Positions 8,543 to 17,018 of a stretch of DNA of 64,000 bases are shown in pieces. A program made the translations under genes and the position numbers. The notes beneath the pieces are model-generated. The model was given only the letters and a program-made list of their open reading frames with translations. It ran no database searches and was not told where the DNA came from. The stretch spans positions 17,208 through 81,207 of the forward strand of contig CAZYNU010000001.1 of NCBI GenBank assembly GCA_964648045.1. The letters run 5' to 3'. How positions within the stretch are numbered: the first letter of the stretch is position 1; the number at the start of each line of letters is the position of its first letter. This DNA is from an uncultured Candidatus Peribacteria bacterium. Lineage in GTDB: Bacteria > Patescibacteriota > Gracilibacteria > Peribacterales > Peribacteraceae.

Positions 8543-8639
8543 GAAAAAAAGAGGAGGGAGAAACGGACGGCCGCATTGTAGGGACGGCAATCGCCTTTGC
8601 CCAGTCCGCACGGCGCTGATCTGTGGCTTTTTCCAAAAA

Positions 8640-8667
8640 TTGACAGAGTAGGAAATATCCGTACTGT
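8640..8667 (+). promoter_or_regulatory. Sigma70-like promoter TTGACA-16 nt-TACTGT
   Basis: Consensus -35 in the intergenic region upstream of the 8704 ORF. Confidence 0.4.
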
Positions 8668-8703
8668 GCGCGAAGTTTTGGGTTCGAACTTTCACAAGGA
8701 GCG

Positions 8704-9273
8704 GTGACGACGTCGCCTCTCGCACGTACGATTGGAAACGTTATGACGACAAAAGTGAACAGGATGGTGGCCGCCCTGCTGGTGGCCTCGCATGACGACC
8801 AGGGACCATTCGTAGTCCTGCAGCGGCGCGGCGAGTGGGACTATGAGAAAGGCCAGAAGGAATCGTGGCCCGGCGCGTGCCAGTGCACTGCGAATGGCGG
8901 CATGGAAGATGAAGACGAAGAGGACACGCTCCGCTGCATGCGCCGCGAGGTATACCAGGAACTTGGCCCCGAGTTCGCCCGCCAGCTGGTGGGACGATAT
9001 GCCCCGAGCCGGCTCTGCCGGATCGTGACGGAGCGTCTCAACCGCGAGGCGGAGATCTACTGGACCCAGGTCCCAGAGGCCATGCTCGGCTCAATCGTCC
9101 TGCACGCCTCGACGGGCGGTCTCGTCCGCATTCGTCCGGGGCAGGAGATCCTCGATATGTCTCTCCATTTCACCCGTGAAGACGGTGTGCCGGATCGACG
9201 CGTGATCGCCGGCTACCCCGAAACCATCGAAGCCGTGACCCGGGCCTTCAATCTCATGGCCTCAGCCGCCTGA
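8704..9273 (+). CDS. Nudix-like hypothetical protein
   Basis: Degenerate Nudix box GGMEDEDEEDTLRCMRREVYQELG. The start is ambiguous: GTG 8704 follows AAGGAG with a short spacer, and ATG 8743 is the alternative. Confidence 0.45.
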   Translation: MTTSPLARTIGNVMTTKVNRMVAALLVASHDDQGPFVVLQRRGEWDYEKGQKESWPGACQCTANGGMEDEDEEDTLRCMRREVYQELGPEFARQLVGRYAPSRLCRIVTERLNREAEIYWTQVPEAMLGSIVLHASTGGLVRIRPGQEILDMSLHFTREDGVPDRRVIAGYPETIEAVTRAFNLMASAA

Positions 9274-9283
9274 TCACCAATGA

Positions 9284-9958
9284 TCAGGCCTTTGCCCCTC
9301 CGCTCGCGGGAGGGGTTTTTTCGTTATCACGGCGCTCCTGGCGACGCCAATAACACCAGCCGATAAAGGCAGCAACGGACAAGGCGCAGACGACCGTAAG
9401 GATTGACTCCAGCGAGTTCACGCCGCTGACGAGGCCGAACGCTGCGTCGGCGCCCAGGTAGCCGAGCAGCAGGAAGAGGCCGCAGCGGACGGCCGAACCG
9501 AAAAATGTACCGATGAGATAGGGGCGCAGCGGAATCTTCGTGACGCCGCAGAGCAGCGACAGCGGCGCACTCGGCACGATGGGGAGCGCGCGCAGACCCG
9601 TGAGCACAAGCAGGTCGCGCGGACCGCCGCGGAAGTGGCGGCCGACCCACTCCACACTCTGGTGCGAAAGACCGAGGTAACGCCCAAAGCGCGCAAGCAG
9701 CACGTCCTCGGCGGCGTCGCCGATGGCATAGAGAATCCAACAACCAATCGTCTTACCGACAGTTGCAAGCAAGAGTAGGACGACAACGTCTAGCCAGCCG
9801 TCACCGCGCGTGGCGGCAATAGATCCGGCGAGCGTCAGGATGAACGGCGACGGAATGGGCGCGATCACCTCCTCCACCACCGATCCGATTGCCACGAAAG
9901 CCCCGAGCGGCATAGCCGTGGCCCACGATTCGAGTATCGGCTGGAGTGATTCAAGCAT
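9284..9958 (-). CDS. DedA/VTT-domain membrane protein
   Basis: The start is trimmed to MLESLQPILESW. EEVIAPIPSPFILTLAG and multiple TM segments are typical of the DedA family. Confidence 0.75.
   Translation of the reverse strand: MLESLQPILESWATAMPLGAFVAIGSVVEEVIAPIPSPFILTLAGSIAATRGDGWLDVVVLLLLATVGKTIGCWILYAIGDAAEDVLLARFGRYLGLSHQSVEWVGRHFRGGPRDLLVLTGLRALPIVPSAPLSLLCGVTKIPLRPYLIGTFFGSAVRCGLFLLLGYLGADAAFGLVSGVNSLESILTVVCALSVAAFIGWCYWRRQERRDNEKTPPASGGAKA
9295..9321 (+). terminator. Intrinsic terminator after the 8704 ORF
   Basis: CCCCTCCG-loop-CGGGAGGGG followed by TTTTTT. It overlaps the 3-prime end of the convergent DedA gene. Confidence 0.6.
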
Positions 9959-10000
9959 CCCGCCTAGCCTACGGATTCCCAGCCCGAGCCACAACCATTC

Positions 10001-10897
10001 TTAGCGCGTTCGTGCTTCCACTACCTCCACGTCTGAAGGTTCTTCTACCGTGAATTCAATAGTCCGCTTGCGACTGGCACGCACATCGCCGCGCAGCTCC
10101 AACACCTTCTCGTCGCGTGACTCCAAGGAGAGGGTGGGATCAAGGTTGACGCGGAGAATGGATCCATCGAGCGCGTCGATGGATGTGGAGATCCGCTCGC
10201 CGGATGAGGAGTAGAGGGCCAGGTTCTGCAGGTCGGCGTCACGAGCTGAACCGTTGTTGGTGAAAGTAATAGCCCGGACCGACTGGGCACGGCGGCCGTC
10301 ATTCTCCAGACGTACACGCGCCAACGTGCGGTTAGAGCCATACGTCACGCTGGTACGCACCGGCAAAAATTCAATAGAGATCTGTGCGGCAACAGCAGGC
10401 GTGACGGTTGCGCGCGGTACAGACGCAACAACGGGAACTGAAACAATCTGCACTGGGGCATCGGCACGAACTTCTTCCAATGCCAGGCGATGCTCCCCTG
10501 CCGCTGCAGCGGACGGCGAAAGATCGGCTGCGACAGTGATCACACGAGACTCGCAGGCCGACACCGTGAATGAACGAAAACGCAGAGTCGTGGCCGCCTT
10601 GTCCGAGGGGACGGCGGCGCGCGACACCCGACGATCACCTTCCATCAGGTATACGCGGGCCAGATCGCGAACGTTGCCAAGGCCGCCATGACGCACATCA
10701 AGCGCAGCCACCGCCACGTCGCTGGCACAGCTCGCTTCCAGCGTCAGCGTCAACATAGAAACGCGCTGCGCCCCCTGAGGCACCGACCCCTGCGGAGGAA
10801 CTACCACCGCGACCGTGAGGGCTGGCGGCCCGGGTAGAGCGGCCAGAGCCGAGGCCGGCAAAAACAGAGACGAAAGCAGGACGAGGAGTAGGCGCAT
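10001..10897 (-). CDS. Secreted hypothetical protein (two beta-rich repeats)
   Basis: Signal peptide MRLLLVLLSSLFLPASALA. No recognisable catalytic motif. Confidence 0.55.
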   Translation of the reverse strand: MRLLLVLLSSLFLPASALAALPGPPALTVAVVVPPQGSVPQGAQRVSMLTLTLEASCASDVAVAALDVRHGGLGNVRDLARVYLMEGDRRVSRAAVPSDKAATTLRFRSFTVSACESRVITVAADLSPSAAAAGEHRLALEEVRADAPVQIVSVPVVASVPRATVTPAVAAQISIEFLPVRTSVTYGSNRTLARVRLENDGRRAQSVRAITFTNNGSARDADLQNLALYSSSGERISTSIDALDGSILRVNLDPTLSLESRDEKVLELRGDVRASRKRTIEFTVEEPSDVEVVEARTR

Positions 10898-11029
10898 ACC
10901 TCGCAGTCTAAGTCGACACGGTCGACCAGGCGACGAAAAACCTGACCAACCGTAACCTTGCTTATAAAACAGAAAATGGTACGGTGAAAATAGTTCAGAA
11001 ACGTCCTTTCAACCCAGAGGAATCAGCCC

Positions 11030-11416
11030 ATGAAGACCCGAGGCACGGCCGTCTTCCTCATCTGTGTGGTAGTGGCTTTCTTGGCCACCCTGCACTACAA
11101 ACTCCCGCGGGAGCAGATCGAAATCGTCGAACCAGAAGCCGGCTGCTACATCATCCGAGCGTATTGGTACGTACCAAACGATCCCGAGCGTAAGCATCCG
11201 CGTGCGATCAACGGCCGCAACCGACAACTTTTCGAGCAAGCTATCGCCAATTTGGAACGCCGGCATGGCCGACCGGCGGAAGCCACGTTCATCGTCATGC
11301 TGCCCGTACGACTGCCCGATGGGTCAGTGATGGGGCAGCCCATCGAAATGATGGTGTTCTTTCGAAAGCCGGGGCTGGATGCCCCCGCGGCACCAGCCGA
11401 CGACCCTCTCTTCTGA
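11030..11416 (+). CDS. Membrane-anchored hypothetical protein
   Basis: 128 aa with one N-terminal TM helix (AVFLICVVVAFLATL), followed by a terminator. Confidence 0.5.
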   Translation: MKTRGTAVFLICVVVAFLATLHYKLPREQIEIVEPEAGCYIIRAYWYVPNDPERKHPRAINGRNRQLFEQAIANLERRHGRPAEATFIVMLPVRLPDGSVMGQPIEMMVFFRKPGLDAPAAPADDPLF

Positions 11417-11433
11417 GAGAGGGGCAATCCACA

Positions 11434-11461
11434 CCGCCCGCGTTCACGCGGGCGGTTTTTT
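11434..11461 (+). terminator. Intrinsic terminator
   Basis: CCGCCCGCG-TTCA-CGCGGGCGG followed by TTTTTT. The T-run overlaps the stop codon of the convergent gene. Confidence 0.7.
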
Positions 11462-12560
11462 AGGCGTGCTGCGACGCAATGACGCGACCAGCGACAAGAC
11501 CCGTCATGAGCGCCAGAGCCGTCAACGCGGCAACCAATAAGACCGTGCGCTGTCCGGCCGATGCCGACGTGCGCGCGCCTTCCAGCAACGTCGCCCCCAT
11601 GTCCACTCCGGTCTGCGGCAAACCGCTCTCAACCGTCACCGTGGTCGTGACCAACGCCGTACCGGCCAGGTTGCCCCCGCTCACCCGAGCCGAAAACGGC
11701 AAGAGCGTTTGATTGGGCACGCCACGGGGAGCGCGCACGGCGAAGTGCAATGTGTACATCTGATTGGGCAAAAGCTGATTGAAGCGCCAACGCACGGCAC
11801 GGCCGTCGATTTCGCCAAGCACCGCATCGGTAATCATGACGCCCTCGGGCACCAGAGCCTCAACCAAGAAACCTTCAGCAGGACCGGCTGAGAAGTTTCG
11901 CACCGGAATGGATATCTGCATCAGGCCGCCCGGCGGCAGCGCTTCGTAATCGGTTTCCAGCGAAATCACGAGGTTATTGGCCACACGACGGGGCTGCACA
12001 CCGCCACTCGGCGTGGCGTCCGGCGGTAGAATGACCTGTTCGCCATCAACCGTGGGCATCGACGACGACGCCACAGCCGACGAGGTCATAGCCGATGAGG
12101 AAGACATCAGACTGCTCGAGGACACCACCGTTCCGGAGGCGCTACTGACGGAAGGCAATGACGACGTGACTGCCATCGTCCCGCTGCCCATCATCGAACC
12201 GGAGGCGGTTACCGTCAGGCTCGAAACCGACAATGAGGAAACCGCCACGCCCGAGGCGGAGCTGACCGATCCCGATCCTGATGCCGACAACGACGTGCCG
12301 GACGCCACCGCCGCCGAGGACGACCACATGACCATGCCCGAGCTGTTCATCCAGGCACCACTGCCGATGCCTTTATTGATGACAAGCACGGCCGCCGTAG
12401 CTGTCTGCGGCGCGCCCAGGCCGTCTTCACTCACATCACGAGGACCTTGAACCGAACCGGATGTCACCACCGGCACCGGCGGAATCTCGGTGGGCTGACT
12501 GGGAGCAAAGTTGCAGGCGGCCAGAACAAGAACGACGGCAAGAGCGGGAGGGAGGCGCAT
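11460..12560 (-). CDS. Ser-rich surface protein with DUF11-like domain and LPXTG-type sorting signal
   Basis: N-terminal MRLPPALAVVLVLAAC (lipobox-like), a long S/V/A/T low-complexity region, a DUF11-like beta domain, then LPQTG followed by a hydrophobic segment and a basic tail. The alternative start is 12572. Confidence 0.6.
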   Translation of the reverse strand: MRLPPALAVVLVLAACNFAPSQPTEIPPVPVVTSGSVQGPRDVSEDGLGAPQTATAAVLVINKGIGSGAWMNSSGMVMWSSSAAVASGTSLSASGSGSVSSASGVAVSSLSVSSLTVTASGSMMGSGTMAVTSSLPSVSSASGTVVSSSSLMSSSSAMTSSAVASSSMPTVDGEQVILPPDATPSGGVQPRRVANNLVISLETDYEALPPGGLMQISIPVRNFSAGPAEGFLVEALVPEGVMITDAVLGEIDGRAVRWRFNQLLPNQMYTLHFAVRAPRGVPNQTLLPFSARVSGGNLAGTALVTTTVTVESGLPQTGVDMGATLLEGARTSASAGQRTVLLVAALTALALMTGLVAGRVIASQHA

Positions 12561-12579
12561 GGCGCGGAGCATAGCAGGG

Positions 12580-14361
12580 TCAGGAACCGAATGTGTAGGC
12601 ATAGGCAGCGACGCCGGGCTTACTAAAGGTGATCTCTACATCATGCTCGCCGTAGTCACCCTTAAAGAGACGGAACAGATCATGACGATCGATCGTCAAC
12701 GGCACGGGGTCGCCGCCGTCGACGCGCACCTCGGCGGCGATGTCGTCGCCCTCGCGCTCGGGACCAAGGACCACATTCACCTCGCCCGCCAGGGCGCGAA
12801 TGCGCAGCGAACCGCTGCCATTCACGAGCACCTGACGTTCGTCCGCCTTCAGCTGCCAACGTCCATCGAGGGCGACAGCATGCAGCGGGATATCGTCTGG
12901 CTCCACGTACTCGGTGGGAGCGTCGGTAGGCAATGGACCACCATTGACCAGCGAATCCCAACCGCGAATACCCAAATAGATTTCAGGCGTCAGCGGCCGC
13001 CGTTCACCAGGTACGTCATCAGCGTCGATGGGCGCCGTAGCGAAGGAATAGCCCGCCTCTAGCAACAGCGACTCGATCGCATCGGCCGTCTCTTGCTCAT
13101 TCCCCTCACCAAAGTGCTGATAGCGCAGCCGGCCATTGGCATCGATCAGGTATTTGGCCGGCCAGTAGTGGTTGGAAAATGACCGCCAGGTGCCGTACGT
13201 ATTGTCTTGAGCAACGGGATAGTGAATACCCAAGCGCTCAACCGCGTCGGCGACGTTGCTGGCATCTTGCTCAAAAGCGAATTCGGGAGTGTGCACACCC
13301 ACAATCAGGAACGGACCGGTTTTAAACCGCTCCCAATAGCCGGCCATGGCCGGCAGCGTACGCAGGCAATTGATGCAGCTGTACGTCCAGAAATCGACAA
13401 GAACCACCTTCCCCTGCAAGGCGCTGGCATTGAGCGGCTGGCTGTTGTGCCATGGACCGAGCTTGACAAAGGCGGGCGCTGGTCCCAGATCAGGCAGGGT
13501 GCCATCGGCATTGGGCGCAACCGGCGGCGACCCAGGAAAAAGACTGTCTTCCAAGCGTTGCGCGATCTCGGCCGGACGCGTGCCAGCCAACCAGAGCTGC
13601 ACGCCAGAGAAGAGATTCCACTCCAACGCCACTGCCGTAAGAAGGAGCAACGCGCCTGCGAGTTTTTTCATGAGCCCTGAATATCGCGTGAGACGATGCA
13701 CGACGTGCGCAGCCAGCTGCCCACCGTAGCCCACGAGCAGCAAAGGCACCGCCGCCCCCAGGGCATACACCGCAAGTGCCAAGAAGGCCGTCGGTCCCGG
13801 CTGTTCGCGCACGAGCGCCAGCGCGAAGCCAAGCGCCGGTCCGGCACACGGCACCCATACCAACCCAAGCGTTAGTCCCACCACGAAGGCCGCCAGTAGG
13901 TTGTCGCCCTGCGTCCGTCGCGTCACCTCCTGAGCATCGGCGCCGATTTGTTGCAAACGAGGCGCCAAGCGACCGCCAATTTCGAGAAGCAGCACGTTAA
14001 CAATCAGTACAGCAACCACAAACATCCAGCCGTCCGGCACAAAGAAGGCGGCACCAAGAGCGGCTAAGATCCAACGCGCCCAGCGACGCTCCGTCAGGAA
14101 ACCGGCCGCGAAGAGCACGAGCACGTCGTAGGTTGCCGTCTGCACGAACGAGGCAAGCGTGACGAACTGCATCAGTAAGACCTGTAGCAAGAAGGTAAAG
14201 CCTACGAAGCCCGCCACCATCCCCGCCACGATCACCAACGGACGCAGACGGCTACGCCCAGCGATACTCACGCCGAGTACAATGGGGACGAGCGGCAGAA
14301 TGCAGGGCAGGAAGATAGTCAGAATTCCCGCCAAGAAGAGTGTGACGAAAAGCGGAAGCAT
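12580..14361 (-). CDS. CcdA/DsbD-type membrane domain fused to a thioredoxin-like domain (DipZ-like)
   Basis: 593 aa. The N-terminal TM domain carries LPCILP and WVPCAGP, followed by VDFWTYSCINC (CxxC redoxin) and a C-terminal beta-rich domain. Confidence 0.85.
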   Translation of the reverse strand: MLPLFVTLFLAGILTIFLPCILPLVPIVLGVSIAGRSRLRPLVIVAGMVAGFVGFTFLLQVLLMQFVTLASFVQTATYDVLVLFAAGFLTERRWARWILAALGAAFFVPDGWMFVVAVLIVNVLLLEIGGRLAPRLQQIGADAQEVTRRTQGDNLLAAFVVGLTLGLVWVPCAGPALGFALALVREQPGPTAFLALAVYALGAAVPLLLVGYGGQLAAHVVHRLTRYSGLMKKLAGALLLLTAVALEWNLFSGVQLWLAGTRPAEIAQRLEDSLFPGSPPVAPNADGTLPDLGPAPAFVKLGPWHNSQPLNASALQGKVVLVDFWTYSCINCLRTLPAMAGYWERFKTGPFLIVGVHTPEFAFEQDASNVADAVERLGIHYPVAQDNTYGTWRSFSNHYWPAKYLIDANGRLRYQHFGEGNEQETADAIESLLLEAGYSFATAPIDADDVPGERRPLTPEIYLGIRGWDSLVNGGPLPTDAPTEYVEPDDIPLHAVALDGRWQLKADERQVLVNGSGSLRIRALAGEVNVVLGPEREGDDIAAEVRVDGGDPVPLTIDRHDLFRLFKGDYGEHDVEITFSKPGVAAYAYTFGS

Positions 14362-14562
14362 ACAAAAAAAAGACTACCAGTCAGATCGCGCGCCTCCCTG
14401 GACAGACAGGCGTTTTCTGTCACTTAGGAAGCATTGCAAAATGTTCTTACAAAAACGCAACCGGAAGACCGCATGATGAACCTGTCACGGCATGGCCGGA
14501 AGGGCTTCAAGATGCTAAAATAAGAAGATTTCCGGCTGGGTCGGAAGTCAAACACACACTCC

Positions 14563-15765
14563 ATGCGCCTGCGCTCGCTCATGTTCGGCTGGGAATTTCC
14601 CCCGGTGCACTCGGGCGGACTAGGTGTGGCGTGCGAAGGACTTGTGCGCGGGCTGCAATTGAGTGAGGTCGACGTGACGCTCGTGCTGCCGCATGTCAGT
14701 GCGACTGGCGCCACACATTCCGACGTAGTGGCTGCTGCTGCCGTATCGTCGGGCGTAGTACCTGTCACCAGCCTACTGCGCCCGTACGACGACGTCCGAG
14801 CCTTTGCGGCACGTGCAGCATCGTCACCGAGTGGAAACCTATACGGCCCCGATCTGGCCGCCGCCGTGGCGCACTACACCGTTGCCAGCGTAGAAGCGAG
14901 CAAGGACCGCGAGGCTGACGTGATCCACAGCCACGATTGGATGACCTACGGTGCCGGCGCCGCTGCCGCCCAGTTGCGCGACGCCCCTCTGGTGGCCCAC
15001 ATCCACGCCACCGAACTCGACCGCACCGACGGCCATCCCGACCCGTGGATCTACGGCCTGGAGCGCGAGGGTTTTATCGCCGCCGACCGCATTATCGCCG
15101 TGAGTGACTATACAAAACGGCTACTGACGCGTGAGTATGGAATCGACCCCGGCAAAATCACGGTGGTCCACAACGGTCACGACACGGACCCTCTTCCGGC
15201 CACACCTGCCACCGTCAGCCACCACCCACTCGTACTCTTTTTAGGTCGGTTGACCGTACAGAAAAACCCGCACCAGTTCGTCGCCGTCGCTAAAGAAATC
15301 CACGTCCACCGCCCCGAGGTGCAATTCGTTATGGCGGGTGCCGGACCCATGCAGGGCGAACTCATGCAGGCCGCCTGCGAAGCTGGCCTCTCGCGCAACA
15401 TGGTGTTCGCCGGTCAGGTGAGTAAACGCGAAGCCTCCGCGCTCTACGCCGCCGCCTCGTGCTTCGTGATGCCATCACTCTCCGAACCCTTCGGCCTGGT
15501 GGCACTGGAGGCAATTGCCCAAGGTACGCCGGTGGTGGTTAGCCGCCAGTCAGGCGTAAGCGAGGTGCTCGACCACGCCTTTAAGGTCGATTTCTGGGAC
15601 ACCGCCAAAATGGCCGACTGCATCCTGACCATCCTGCGCGAAAAACCGCTGGCCATGCAGCTGAAGACCGAAGCCCCCCGACTCCTCCAACGCCTGTCGT
15701 GGCACAACCAAGCTCAGGCCGTCCGCGCCGTCTACCACTCGCTTCTCCACCCTTCCCACGCATGA
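14563..15765 (+). CDS. GT-B glycosyltransferase, glycogen/starch-synthase-like
   Basis: 400 aa. N-terminal WEFPPVHSGGLG and C-terminal PSLSEPFGLVALEA motifs. Confidence 0.75.
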   Translation: MRLRSLMFGWEFPPVHSGGLGVACEGLVRGLQLSEVDVTLVLPHVSATGATHSDVVAAAAVSSGVVPVTSLLRPYDDVRAFAARAASSPSGNLYGPDLAAAVAHYTVASVEASKDREADVIHSHDWMTYGAGAAAAQLRDAPLVAHIHATELDRTDGHPDPWIYGLEREGFIAADRIIAVSDYTKRLLTREYGIDPGKITVVHNGHDTDPLPATPATVSHHPLVLFLGRLTVQKNPHQFVAVAKEIHVHRPEVQFVMAGAGPMQGELMQAACEAGLSRNMVFAGQVSKREASALYAAASCFVMPSLSEPFGLVALEAIAQGTPVVVSRQSGVSEVLDHAFKVDFWDTAKMADCILTILREKPLAMQLKTEAPRLLQRLSWHNQAQAVRAVYHSLLHPSHA

Positions 15766-17018
15766 GTAACCGCGTCTGTTTCTACTTCCAGGTGCACCAG
15801 CCCTACCGTCTGCGCGACTTGCGCGTGACAGACATTGGGGCCGCCACGCCCGATTACTTCGACGCCGAAAATAATCGCAAAATTTTCCGGAAGGTGGCCG
15901 AGAAATGCTACCTGCCGACCAATGCACTCCTACTCCAGTTACTCGATGAACAACCGGAGTTTCGAGTGTCGTTTTCGCTCTCGGGCGTGTTTCTGGACCA
16001 GTGCCAAGAATACGGCCGCGACGTGTTGAAATCGTTTAAAGCATTGGCCAAAACGGGACAGGTGGAATTCCTGGGCGAGACCGACTGCCATTCGCTGTGC
16101 GCGCTCAAATCCACCGCCGAATTCTGTTCCCAGGTAAAAGCGCACTCACAGAAAATCCGCAAACATTTTGGCCGCGTGCCGAAAGTTTTCCGTAATACCG
16201 AGCTAATCTACAGCAACGAACTCGCGAACCAGGTGCGCCTCCTAGGCTTCCGCGGCATGTTGGCCGAAGGCGTCGACCGCCTGCTTGGCGACCGCCACCC
16301 GGGCGACCCGGTGGTGCCGCCGGCCTTCCGCCTGCCGCGCCAGACCGAACACACCATCGCCGCCGCGCGCAGTCGTCCCCTCCCCAGCCGCCGCTTCCAC
16401 GTACTGCTGAAGCACTACCGTTTGAGTGACGACGTCGCTTTCCGTTTCTCCGACAAGAACTGGGCCAGTCATCCCCTCTCGGCCGAGACGTTCGCGCGCT
16501 GGGCGAAGGAGAGCCCGGGACACAGCGTCAATCTCTTCATGGACTACGAAACATTCGGCGAGCACCAGTGGGCCGAATCCGGCATTTTCGATTTTCTGGG
16601 TGCCTTGCCCGCGGCGCTGACTCGCGAAGGCATCGCCACCGTCACGCCGTCACAAGCCCTGCTGGAATGGAAAGGTGACAGCCCCATCTACGACGCCCAT
16701 GAACCAATTTCCTGGGCGGACAGCGAACGCGACCTCTCGGCCTGGCAGGGAAACGCCATTCAACAGGCCGCACTCGAAAACCTCTACGCCCTGGAGAAAG
16801 ACGTCCTGGCGGCCGATGACGACGACTTGCTGCTTGATTGGCGCCGACTCCAGACCTCGGATCACTTCTACTACATGTGCACGAAGTACTGGGCCGACGG
16901 CGATGTGCACAAGTACTTCAGCCCCTACGATTCTCCCTACGAGGCCTACCGCCGCTTCAGTCACGCCCTCTGCGATTTGCAGGCCCGCCTGGCCCGCATC
17001 CCCTCCTCCAACCGCTGA
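15762..17018 (+). CDS. Glycoside hydrolase family 57 (alpha-amylase/glucanotransferase-like)
   Basis: The start is trimmed to MSNRVCFYFQVHQPYRL (GH57-type N-terminus). MDYETFGEHQW is present. ATGA overlap with the upstream GT gene. Confidence 0.85.
   Translation: MSNRVCFYFQVHQPYRLRDLRVTDIGAATPDYFDAENNRKIFRKVAEKCYLPTNALLLQLLDEQPEFRVSFSLSGVFLDQCQEYGRDVLKSFKALAKTGQVEFLGETDCHSLCALKSTAEFCSQVKAHSQKIRKHFGRVPKVFRNTELIYSNELANQVRLLGFRGMLAEGVDRLLGDRHPGDPVVPPAFRLPRQTEHTIAAARSRPLPSRRFHVLLKHYRLSDDVAFRFSDKNWASHPLSAETFARWAKESPGHSVNLFMDYETFGEHQWAESGIFDFLGALPAALTREGIATVTPSQALLEWKGDSPIYDAHEPISWADSERDLSAWQGNAIQQAALENLYALEKDVLAADDDDLLLDWRRLQTSDHFYYMCTKYWADGDVHKYFSPYDSPYEAYRRFSHALCDLQARLARIPSSNR

Noticed and set aside
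12000-12330. CRISPR-like or tandem DNA repeats (also 28150-28330)
   Set aside because: The periodicity comes from low-complexity coding sequence: Ser/Val/Ala-rich in the LPXTG protein and Asp/Glu-rich in the 710-aa protein. There is no repeat-spacer architecture and no cas genes.
15699-16837. The upstream extension of the GH57 ORF (15699-15761), and the corresponding extension of the GH15 ORF (16838-17017)
   Set aside because: The extensions overlap the preceding genes in another frame and are P/R/L-rich. Internal ATGs give canonical family N-termini and neat stop/start overlaps.
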